A DNA stretch of 64,000 bases from Ostreococcus lucimarinus (lineage: Eukaryota): NCBI GenBank assembly GCA_000092065.1, contig CP000590.1. One strand, given 5' to 3'. A program made the position numbers and the translations under genes. The notes under the pieces are model-generated. The model was not told where the DNA came from. It saw only the letters and a list, made by a program, of their open reading frames with translations, and ran no database searches. Of the stretch, positions 1 through 7,984 are shown in pieces. Positions within the stretch are counted from its first letter, which is position 1. Each line of letters starts with the position of its first letter.

Positions 1-990
1 CAGATCACTGCGCCACTTTTCATCCTCGATCGAGCGGCTTCCACGCTTGATGCCCCCGCCTCCACCGCCTTCTATGTCCATGTCGGTGATATATTTAGCA
101 TCCGGCGAGTCGCCGTCGCCTCGCTCCGAAGATGCCGATGAGGATTCCACGCTCTCGAGCGCACCGGCTAAAGCGCTACCGAAGCGAAATCTATTGATGA
201 GCGAGCTTTTACCCACACCACTGGGGCCCGCCAAGACGGTGGTCTTGCCTCGCAGCGCCTCCTCGAGCTCCTCCACGCCTTGACCCGTGGCGACGGAGAT
301 GACCTTGGCGTCGTATCCCCAACTCTCTAACCGCGCGCGCCAATCCGCGACTTCGACTTCGCTCAACAATTCGCATTTATTCAATACCAAAGTAAACGGC
401 ACCTTGGTCGCCTCCATGCTCACTAAGAACCGCGTCAATTGTTTCACCTCGAGAGGCGGCTGCTCGAGCGCGAAGACCAAAAGCGCCTGGTCAACGTTCG
501 CAATCGGCGGTTCAACGAGTTCACTTCGCCGCCCAACGACGTCATCAATCATACCCCGACTTTGCACCCAATCTACACCGCTCAGCACGACCTCGTCACC
601 AACGAGCACACGCTTTTTAATCTTCTTCAACAGCGCTCGAGCGACGCACAACAGCTCCGTCGTTCGATCCTCCTCGGCTAGCATCGCCTCCAATCGCTCC
701 ACGTCTTCCCTCGCCCCCGCTTCGCTCGCCCGCATTTTCGCCTCTTCGAGCTGTCGCTTCCTATCTTCATCGTGCGCACCGACGACGACGTCACCATCGA
801 CGACGACGCGCAGAAAGTTGGCTTGCGCCGTCACCACCGTCCCCGTCAGCGGCGTCCCGTCCGCGTCTCCGGCGCTCGACGCCGTCGTCAGCGCGCGCGC
901 GCCGTGCGCAGCGTGTCTCACGAATGCACTCGCCGTCCGCGCCGTCCGCACGCGCGCGCGCATCGCTCGCGCGAGCCGCACCGACGCCAT
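1..990 (-). CDS. rsgA: RsgA/YjeQ-like circularly permuted ribosome-biogenesis GTPase, likely organellar (3' end runs off window start)
   Basis: Own reverse-strand translation; absent from ORF track because no stop lies inside the window. It reads ...GTVVTAQANFLRVVV...VLSGVDWVQSRGMIDDVVGRRSELVEPPIANVDQALLVFALEQPPLE...VLNKCELL...GYDAKVISVATGQGVEELEEALRGKTTVLAGPSGVGKSSLIN. The NKxD box precedes the P-loop GPSGVGKSS, as in RsgA. R/A-rich presequence; candidate ATG at 961-963 or 988-990. The + strand ORFs 287..1270, 439..681 and 772..1140 are antisense artefacts. Confidence 0.7.
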   Translation of the reverse strand, partial: MASVRLARAMRARVRTARTASAFVRHAAHGARALTTASSAGDADGTPLTGTVVTAQANFLRVVVDGDVVVGAHDEDRKRQLEEAKMRASEAGAREDVERLEAMLAEEDRTTELLCVARALLKKIKKRVLVGDEVVLSGVDWVQSRGMIDDVVGRRSELVEPPIANVDQALLVFALEQPPLEVKQLTRFLVSMEATKVPFTLVLNKCELLSEVEVADWRARLESWGYDAKVISVATGQGVEELEEALRGKTTVLAGPSGVGKSSLINRFRFGSALAGALESVESSSASSERGDGDSPDAKYITDMDIEGGGGGGIKRGSRSIEDEKWRSDL

Positions 991-1401
991 TTCGCTCGCG
1001 AAGCGCCGCATGCTCGACTCACTTTTAGAGCGACGTCGACGCGGCTGGCGTCGCCGCACGCGCGAAATCGCGCGTCACACGACGCGCACGCGCGACGCGA
1101 ACACCCGCGCGTCGTTCGAAGCGGCCTCCCTCGACGGTGATGGTCGACGCGCGCGGAGGAGTGCGGTGCGGGTCGCGCGTCGACGAACGCGCGTCGGCGG
1201 GCGGCGAGCGGCGCGAACCGTCCCGCGCGGAGGCGAAGCGATGCGCGACGCGACGCGCGAAATGTACTGATGATCGTTGTTAAACGCTACTATTCTTCTT
1301 CTCAACTCAGCTTTAAATGTAATTTAATGTGGTGGGTTCGTGAATAATGCGAGCGAGCGTCTCGACTCGCGCCGCCGCGCGCCTCTGGAGTCTTCGCTTA
1401 T

Positions 1402-2460
1402 TTAAAATCCGTTCTTTTTTTGGAACTTTTGGATCGCGTCGAGCGCCATCAGAGTGAGCATGGCGTGCGGAGCGATTCGAACGTAATACGTCGGGAAACC
1501 GGTGTAAAACTTGAGCGGACCGCCGCTCGCCATGGTTTTCCCGCAGCAGTCCATGAAGCCTTTGAACGGCATCGTGCCATCCGGGTTCGGCTTTTGCTTT
1601 TGCAATTGCGTCTTGACGTAATCGAACGGCAAAGAGAAGAAGGAGGCGAAGAAACCGGCGATAGAGGCCGCGCCGAGCGTGGCCGGGAAACCGGTGATCT
1701 GGTTCGCCGCCATCATTTCCTTGGCTTGGTCGTTCGACGCGAGCATGCCCATGTTCAACGCCATCGCGCGAATGCTCGTCGTCCCGGCGCCGGTGAATAA
1801 TCCGCCGACACCATCCTTCTTCACGATGTCCACCAAAGCGTGCGCGACGCCTTTATAGTTGCGACGCTGATCCGGCGGCAACGTACCGTCCGCTTGCATG
1901 CGAATGAGCGACAAATCCGCCGGCGAACCGACGATGGCGCCCAAACCGCCCGCCGCCAGCCCCGCGCCCGCCTTTTGCGCCAGCGACAAGTTCTCACCCT
2001 TATTCGATTCCTTCAGCGCGTTGACGAATTGCGAGTGCAACCCCAATCGCGCCGTCGTGTACGTCGCCTGTCTCAGCAAGCCCGCGGACAATCCGGTGTA
2101 CAGCGCGCCGAAGCCTTCGTTCTTCACGATCGCCGCCGCCGTCCCGATCGGTCCCCCCGTCGACCCGAGTTGCAATCGAACCTTGATGACTGTCGTCCCA
2201 CCGCGTCGCTCGCCTCTCCGTCAGTCTTTCCCGCGTCCCTCTCGCGCCGCGCCGCGTCTCGTCCTTCGTTTTCCATCGTCTTCTCGCGCCCATCGTCATC
2301 ATCAATCATCATCGCGCGTCGTCCCATCGCCAGGTCTTCGTCGCGCGCGTCGCGTCGCCGACGCACTGTCTAACGGCTGAATCACGCACGTGGCGCCCAT
2401 GCCGGACAAACCACCGTTCATGTACGGCTTCACCGCGCGCCACACCGCGTTATCCGACAT
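1402..2460 (-). CDS. Mitochondrial 2-oxoglutarate/malate (dicarboxylate-tricarboxylate) carrier, SLC25 family; two exons (2367..2460 and 1402..2189)
   Basis: ORF 1402..2175 carries carrier repeats 2 and 3 (PADLSLIRMQADGTLPPDQRRNYKGVAHALVDIVKKDGVGGLFTGAGTTSIRAMALNMGMLASNDQAKE) but lacks repeat 1. A separate same-frame ORF supplies MSDNAVWRAVKPYMNGGLSGMGATCVIQPLD. Joining them through a GTGCGT..CAG intron at 2190..2366 gives ...QPLDIIKVRLQLGSTGG..., about 294 aa. Confidence 0.8.
2190..2366 (-). other. Spliceosomal intron (177 nt, GTGCGT...AG) in the mitochondrial carrier gene
   Basis: Donor gtgcgtcggcg lies right after the codons for QPLD. Acceptor gggacgacag lies right before tcatcaaggttcgattg. 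Length is a multiple of 3 and the intron contains an in-frame stop, which explains the two separate ORFs. Confidence 0.65.
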
Positions 2461-2709
2461 CGTCGTCGTCGTCGCGTCGCGCGATGGCGTCGTCGCCGCC
2501 TCAGCGCGCGACTCGTGGCTGGCAGACAGAGTAGGGTTTAGGGTTGATCTCGACGGGTCGTGACTCGCGCGGGGGGGTCGGTGTTCCAAACTGAGACTAA
2601 AAGAGACACACGGACACAGACGCGCGACGCGAGGGATCGCGCGCGCGCGACGCGCGGCGGTCACGCGCGGACGCGCGCGGATCGAGACGCGCGCCGACGG
2701 ACGCGCGCG

Positions 2710-4251
2710 ATGGTGCTGAATGACCTCGGGAATAAAATCGCGAGCGCGCTGCGATCGCTGAACGCGCACGTCGTCGTGGATGAGGAATTACTCGACGCGT
2801 GCCTGAAGGACATCACGAACGCGCTGCTCGCGAGCGACGTCGCGGTGCCGCTCGTGGTGCGAATGAAGAAGAACATCGTGCGAGAGGTGGATTTGGATAA
2901 CATGGCGAGCGGGATGAACGCGAAAAAGGTGCTGGAGCGGGCGGTGTTCAAGGAGCTGACGGCGCTGCTGAACGGGGGCGGGGACGCGAGCGGGACGAAG
3001 ACGAGCGGGACGAAGACGAGCGGGACGTGGACGCCGAAGAAAGGGAAACGGAACGTGGTGATGTTCGTCGGATTGCAGGGGGCGGGGAAGACGACGACGT
3101 GCACGAAGTTTGCGCATTATTACGCGAAGAAGGGGTTTAAACCATCGTTGGTGTGCGCGGATACGTTTCGAGCGGGGGCGTTTGACCAGTTAAAACAAAA
3201 CGCGACCAAGGCGAAGATTCCGTTTTACGGGAGCTACACCGAGAGCGATCCGGCGACGATCGCGGCGGCTGGGGTGAAGCGGTTTGAAGAGGAAAAATCG
3301 GACCTCATCATCGTCGATACGTCGGGGAGACATAAACAAGAAGAGGCGTTGTTCGAGGAGATGCGAGAAATCGCGAGCGTCACGGAACCGACGATGACGA
3401 TTTTCGTGATGGATAGTTCCATAGGTCAGTCAGCGTCGGATCAAGCGAAAGCGTTCGCGAGCACGGTTGACGTCGGTGGAGTGATTATGACCAAACTTGA
3501 CGGTCACGCCAAGGGCGGGGGCGCGATCTCGGCGGTGAGCGAAACCAAGGCGCCGATTTTATTCATCGGTACTGGAGAACACATCGGCGAGCTCGAAGCG
3601 TTCGAGACGACGTCTTTCGTCAGTAAATTGTTAGGAATGGGAGATATCAAAGGTTTAGTCGAAAAGATGAACGAAATCGTCCCCGAAGAGAGCGCGGAGA
3701 AGCTTATGGAGGCGTTCGGGAGCGGCACGTTTACGATGCGCCTTCTTTACGAACAGTTTCAAAACTTGCAAAACATGGGTCCCATTTCGTCCATCATGAG
3801 CATGGTGCCCGGAATGGCGGACATGATTCCCAAGGGCGGCGAAGAGCAAGGCACGAAGCGCATGAAGTCGATGATGGTGTTGATGGATTCGATGACGGAT
3901 GCCGAGCTCGACGCCCCCAACGCTTCCAAAATTTTCAACGTCAAGCGCATGGAGCGCGTCTGTCGCGGCGCTGGTCGCTTACCGTCAGAGATGATCACCC
4001 TGCTCGAAGAACATAAACGTTTGGGTAAGATGATGGGCAAGATGAAAGGCATCAAAATGCCCGGCGCCGGCGGCGCGCGCGGACGAGGCAACCCCCAAGC
4101 GATGCAACAACAAATGTCCCAAATGGCCAACGCGCTTCCGCCCGACATGCTTCGCATGATGGGTGGACAGCAAGGCATGATGAACATGATGAAACAATTC
4201 GAGGGCATGGATCCGAAGGCGATGCAGGGCATGATGAAAGGAATGATGTAA
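2710..4251 (+). CDS. SRP54: Signal recognition particle 54 kDa protein (SRP54 GTPase)
   Basis: Starts MVLNDLGNKIASALRSL (canonical SRP54 N-terminus). NG domain has GLQGAGKTTTCTKFA, DTFRAGAFDQL, DTSGRH and TKLDGHAKGGGA. The Met-rich M-domain tail reads GMMNMMKQFEGMDPKAMQGMMKGMM. The ORF-track start at 2560 is an upstream in-frame extension. Confidence 0.93.
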   Translation: MVLNDLGNKIASALRSLNAHVVVDEELLDACLKDITNALLASDVAVPLVVRMKKNIVREVDLDNMASGMNAKKVLERAVFKELTALLNGGGDASGTKTSGTKTSGTWTPKKGKRNVVMFVGLQGAGKTTTCTKFAHYYAKKGFKPSLVCADTFRAGAFDQLKQNATKAKIPFYGSYTESDPATIAAAGVKRFEEEKSDLIIVDTSGRHKQEEALFEEMREIASVTEPTMTIFVMDSSIGQSASDQAKAFASTVDVGGVIMTKLDGHAKGGGAISAVSETKAPILFIGTGEHIGELEAFETTSFVSKLLGMGDIKGLVEKMNEIVPEESAEKLMEAFGSGTFTMRLLYEQFQNLQNMGPISSIMSMVPGMADMIPKGGEEQGTKRMKSMMVLMDSMTDAELDAPNASKIFNVKRMERVCRGAGRLPSEMITLLEEHKRLGKMMGKMKGIKMPGAGGARGRGNPQAMQQQMSQMANALPPDMLRMMGGQQGMMNMMKQFEGMDPKAMQGMMKGMM

Positions 4252-4311
4252 TCCGATTGACAATTCTTGTAGTTTCCGCGTCGCCGACGCCACAACGCGT
4301 CCCGAAGCGCC

Positions 4312-5394
4312 ATGCTCGCCCCTGCCCATCGCGCTCTGGCGCGCGCCATCCGCGACGCGCGGCGACCGTTCGTTCGCGCCTTCGCCACCGGTGAGAAATC
4401 CGCGATCGCGTCGGCGATCAACGAGATAACGAGCCCGCGCGAACTCGACGAAATCGTCCCCGCGTCCCACACCACCGCCATCGTCTTCGACTTTTACGCC
4501 GACTGGTGCGGGCCCTGCAAGCAGCTCACGCCCACGCTCGAGCGCATCATCAAAGAGCGATACCCGAAGGTGGCGCTGGTGAAGTTGAACGCCGATGCGC
4601 CCGCGCTGGCGCCGGTGATGGAACAATTGAGAATCAGCTCGCTGCCGACGGTGATGGGGCTGTCGCGCGGACGCTTCGTCGATCAATTTAAAGGCGCGAT
4701 CGGCGAGAGCGACGTGGTGAAGTTCGTCGATGGATTGATTCGTGACTTAGAGCTCGACGATGGGGCGACGGGGGAAGACGAGGAGGTGGGAGAGGAAGAC
4801 GGGGACGCGGCGGCGACGCGAGAGGACGCGGTGGCGGCGACGTTCGCGGCGACGTTCGCGGCTGACGCGACGACGAGAGAACGCATCGCGAAGACGTTGA
4901 GTGAAGTGATAAATGCGAAAGAAAATATCGGACCGGAGTTAAAGTGTCGAGCGCTCGCGGCGAGCGCGATGTTGGCGATACGAGGGGACGCGCCGGACGA
5001 GGAGGGAGCGAGACGACTCGTCGACGCCGGAAGAGGATTAGTCAAGGGATTCGCGGAGCCGCGAGAGTTGGCGTGCGCCGAGGCGTGGATTGGGTTGGTG
5101 AGCGACATCAAAATGTTCGGCGTGTCGACCGATGTCGGCGCTCTCGAAGCCGTGCACGAGGCTGAACCGAAGAATTTTGACGCCGTGCGCGCGCTCGCGT
5201 TGGCTCGCTTCGCAAGCGGCGACCAATCGGGCGCGTTCGACGTCGCTTTGCTCGCGGTGAAAGCTGGATTCGGAGCGAACGAGATCAGAGAGGAGGGTAA
5301 AAAATTAGTCGTCCAGCTCATCAGCGCGTGCGCGCCCGGTGACCCGCTCGCGGAGGCTACTCGCAAGCGACTCGCGAGCGCCTGGTTCATTTAA
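4312..5394 (+). CDS. Thioredoxin-domain protein with C-terminal TPR-like helical domain (YbbN/CnoX-like architecture), organellar presequence
   Basis: N-terminal thioredoxin fold with WCGPC active site (VFDFYADWCGPCKQLTPTLERI...KVALVKLNADAP). About 200 aa of Ala/Leu-rich helical repeats follow. Presequence MLAPAHRALARAIRDARRPFVRAFATG. Confidence 0.6.
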   Translation: MLAPAHRALARAIRDARRPFVRAFATGEKSAIASAINEITSPRELDEIVPASHTTAIVFDFYADWCGPCKQLTPTLERIIKERYPKVALVKLNADAPALAPVMEQLRISSLPTVMGLSRGRFVDQFKGAIGESDVVKFVDGLIRDLELDDGATGEDEEVGEEDGDAAATREDAVAATFAATFAADATTRERIAKTLSEVINAKENIGPELKCRALAASAMLAIRGDAPDEEGARRLVDAGRGLVKGFAEPRELACAEAWIGLVSDIKMFGVSTDVGALEAVHEAEPKNFDAVRALALARFASGDQSGAFDVALLAVKAGFGANEIREEGKKLVVQLISACAPGDPLAEATRKRLASAWFI

Positions 5395-5434
5395 ATTTGT
5401 TACACTTCAATTCATCATTTTTTTACAACACTCA

Positions 5435-7093
5435 TCAAGCCTCTGCGACGCGAAGGCGCGCGTCGTTTCTTCGTCCAACCATCGGACCTTCGTTCAACCA
5501 CTTCTCGACTTGCCCAACGATGATGGCGCGCGCCTCGACGAGGGCATCCGTGTCGGTGTCCTTGGGTGGATGCGTCCAAGCGTGATGACTGGCGCCCTTG
5601 ACGATCAACGCGGGTTCAAATCTCGGTGCAAACGTATCGGAAACGAAACTGTTTGCGATCCAAGGGTCGATACTTCCAGATGGAAACATGATGCGCGTGC
5701 CACCTGGGGTGATGCTCCCGTAGCGCGCGTTCGAACGCTCCACCGCCAGCCTTGTTTGTTCGGCGCTGACGCCGAAGACGTCGGCGCAAATTTTGTGATA
5801 CGCCTCTAAAGGCATGGTCGGAGGATCGAGCTTAAATGGGCACTTCGAACTTTTTTCGCACGTTTGGAAGAAGGCGAACTCGGTGCACGTCTGCCAAGTC
5901 CACTGTCGCTCACCCTCGCCCTTCGGATTTGGAATTTCACTCTTCAATTCGCGCATATACGCTTCAGAATCGAGCGACACGCATTCGCCGCGAAACACCG
6001 CGGCAACGTGCGCGGCGAGCGCAGCGAGTTTGTCCTCTCCGTGAGACGTCATGATTGTGCACGCCTTGGCGATGTTAAAGCACGAATCATCGTCGGCTAA
6101 GCACGACGGATCGTTATTTTGCGCGGGAAACATCGCTCGGAGGACGTCGGCGAAATCGTCCCTCGCGCCGACGCCGTCCAACGCCTCGTCGCCGCACACA
6201 TTGAACTGCTTTTCTAATGCCCGACGACCGCTCGATGTTTTCAAAGCCTCGTTCAAACGTACGGTAAACGCGTTCTCTACCGCGGTGTAACACGCGTCGC
6301 TCCCGCCCACGTCCTTTTCTCGCAACGCGTCGCCGACGACTTCGTAGTATCCGCGCATGTCAATTTGCGCTCGCACCGGCGCCGAACTCGCGACAGCGGC
6401 GTGAAATACGTGAGGAAACTTCACCCGCGACCAAGCGGCGAGCATGCCCGGATACGATCCCCCGAAAGCGATCACCTTACTGTACTTCCTCCCGTCGTTC
6501 CGCGGTTCGATTTCCAATCCGTACGCCGCCGCCGCGAACCTCGTAAACGTCACCAAATCCTCCAACGCCTGCGCGCTGCTCAAAAACCGCAGCGACTCGA
6601 CGCTTAAATCCCCCGTCGGTTGACTTTTCCCATAAAATCGATGTTCCAGCGCGAAGAACAACCCTCGATGCTTCTTCGCGAGCGCCGTCGCGATGGCGCA
6701 GTGCTCGCCCCCGTCCACCGCGACGTCGACGTCCAACGCCGGTCCTTCGCCGCCGACGCACACGAACACCGGCGCGCCGCGTTCCGCGCTCGCGTACGCA
6801 TCGTTCACGAAGTAACGCTGCGTCCAGCTCGCGTTCAGCGCGTTATCAAAGTGATCGAGTCGTTGTTCGGCGAACCAGCGCTCGTGCGCGCCGATCGATG
6901 TTCGCGCCGATGCGTCGTGACCACCGCCTATTCCGCGTCGAATCGCGCGCGCGCGCAGCGCGTCGACGCGCCATCGCGCGTTGACCGATATCGCGTCGCA
7001 CGACGCCGCGGAAAGCGCGAGCGCGAGCGACAGCGCGGCGACGACGCGCATGATTTGACGCGATCGAACGACGCGTCGTCGAGTGACGCGCAC
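5435..7093 (-). CDS. Serine carboxypeptidase S28 family (prolylcarboxypeptidase-like), secreted
   Basis: S28 hallmarks: RYFVNDAY..., GEGP, and a GGSYPG nucleophile elbow (KVIAFGGSYPGMLAAWSRVKFPHVFHAAVASSAPV). Signal peptide MRVVAALSLALALSAASC. Likely true start is the internal Met at 7049-7051. Confidence 0.75.
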   Translation of the reverse strand: MRVTRRRVVRSRQIMRVVAALSLALALSAASCDAISVNARWRVDALRARAIRRGIGGGHDASARTSIGAHERWFAEQRLDHFDNALNASWTQRYFVNDAYASAERGAPVFVCVGGEGPALDVDVAVDGGEHCAIATALAKKHRGLFFALEHRFYGKSQPTGDLSVESLRFLSSAQALEDLVTFTRFAAAAYGLEIEPRNDGRKYSKVIAFGGSYPGMLAAWSRVKFPHVFHAAVASSAPVRAQIDMRGYYEVVGDALREKDVGGSDACYTAVENAFTVRLNEALKTSSGRRALEKQFNVCGDEALDGVGARDDFADVLRAMFPAQNNDPSCLADDDSCFNIAKACTIMTSHGEDKLAALAAHVAAVFRGECVSLDSEAYMRELKSEIPNPKGEGERQWTWQTCTEFAFFQTCEKSSKCPFKLDPPTMPLEAYHKICADVFGVSAEQTRLAVERSNARYGSITPGGTRIMFPSGSIDPWIANSFVSDTFAPRFEPALIVKGASHHAWTHPPKDTDTDALVEARAIIVGQVEKWLNEGPMVGRRNDARLRVAEA

Positions 7094-7173
7094 AACCCGA
7101 CGCGCGCGTCGCCGCGTCGACGTCGAAGGACCGGCGGAAGGGTGGAAAATAATTTACGCGCGCGCGCGCGACG

Positions 7174-7911
7174 ATGTCGAGGCGAAGAGGCGCGGGCGCG
7201 AGGACGCGGACGAAGGATGGTGAAGCCGACGCGAGAAAAACGCTCACGGGAAAAACGCTCACGGGACAGACGATGGAATCGCTCACGGATCGCGCGTTCG
7301 CGTACGGGTTCGTCCCGCCGGTGGTGGAGGAATACTTTTTCCGCGGTGGACACCGCAGGGCGCGGTGCGCGCCGCTCGACGCGGGAGTGACGGCGGATGC
7401 GGACGGCGCGAACGCCGGCGAGGAGGCGCCGGAGGAGGACGCGGCGACGCGCGCGGCGATTCGGAGGTTGAATCGAGCGATCATGGCGAGTTGGCGAGAC
7501 GATGGCGACGGTGCTTACGAACCTGATGTTAAGGATGAGTGGACTCGGGTGAAATACGAGTTCGGGGAAGCGTGTGAGGCGGATGACGGTGGAGAGGAGG
7601 AGGATCCCGAGAGCGAGACGGCGCGAGAGCGTCGGTGCGCAAACCGATTGATGGATATGGTGGAAAAGGATGTGCACGCGTGCGTGCCGGCGCTGGAGAT
7701 GATGCAAAGGATGGATCAAAATATAGATGCGTTTGAGGCGTTCGTGGACGATATGGAGCGACGGTTCGCGCTCGGGACGTTACCTAAAAGAGACGTGCTC
7801 GGGGACAAGTATTTGTTTCGATGGCGCTTCTTCGTGCTGAGCGTCTTCGTCCTCTGCATCGCAATCGCGGTCGGTGTCGCGCGTTCGCTCGCTCGGTTGA
7901 TTTTCGGTTGA
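7174..7911 (+). CDS. Hypothetical protein, acidic with C-terminal tail-anchor TM helix
   Basis: Strong G/C third-position bias. Single C-terminal hydrophobic segment FFVLSVFVLCIAIAVGVA. Acidic middle region. No family recognised. A later Met (MESLTDRAF..., about 7273) may be the real start. Confidence 0.45.
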   Translation: MSRRRGAGARTRTKDGEADARKTLTGKTLTGQTMESLTDRAFAYGFVPPVVEEYFFRGGHRRARCAPLDAGVTADADGANAGEEAPEEDAATRAAIRRLNRAIMASWRDDGDGAYEPDVKDEWTRVKYEFGEACEADDGGEEEDPESETARERRCANRLMDMVEKDVHACVPALEMMQRMDQNIDAFEAFVDDMERRFALGTLPKRDVLGDKYLFRWRFFVLSVFVLCIAIAVGVARSLARLIFG

Positions 7912-7984
7912 TTTTGTGAGCGCGTAAATTTTTCATGCGTAACTTTTTCGTAACAATTTCATCGTTTAATTAAAGTCGTTTCGT

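Noticed and set aside
287-1270. 327-aa + strand ORF (and nested 439..681, 772..1140) at the window start
   Set aside because: Ser/Thr/Ala/Arg low complexity, exactly antisense to a well-supported RsgA GTPase reading frame. An artefact of GC-rich antisense frames.
6470-6500. tccgcggttcgatttccaatcc resembling a tRNA T-arm (GGTTCGAxTCC)
   Set aside because: It lies inside the S28 peptidase coding frame with no acceptor stem or anticodon-arm context. No tRNA, rRNA or snRNA gene could be supported anywhere in the window.
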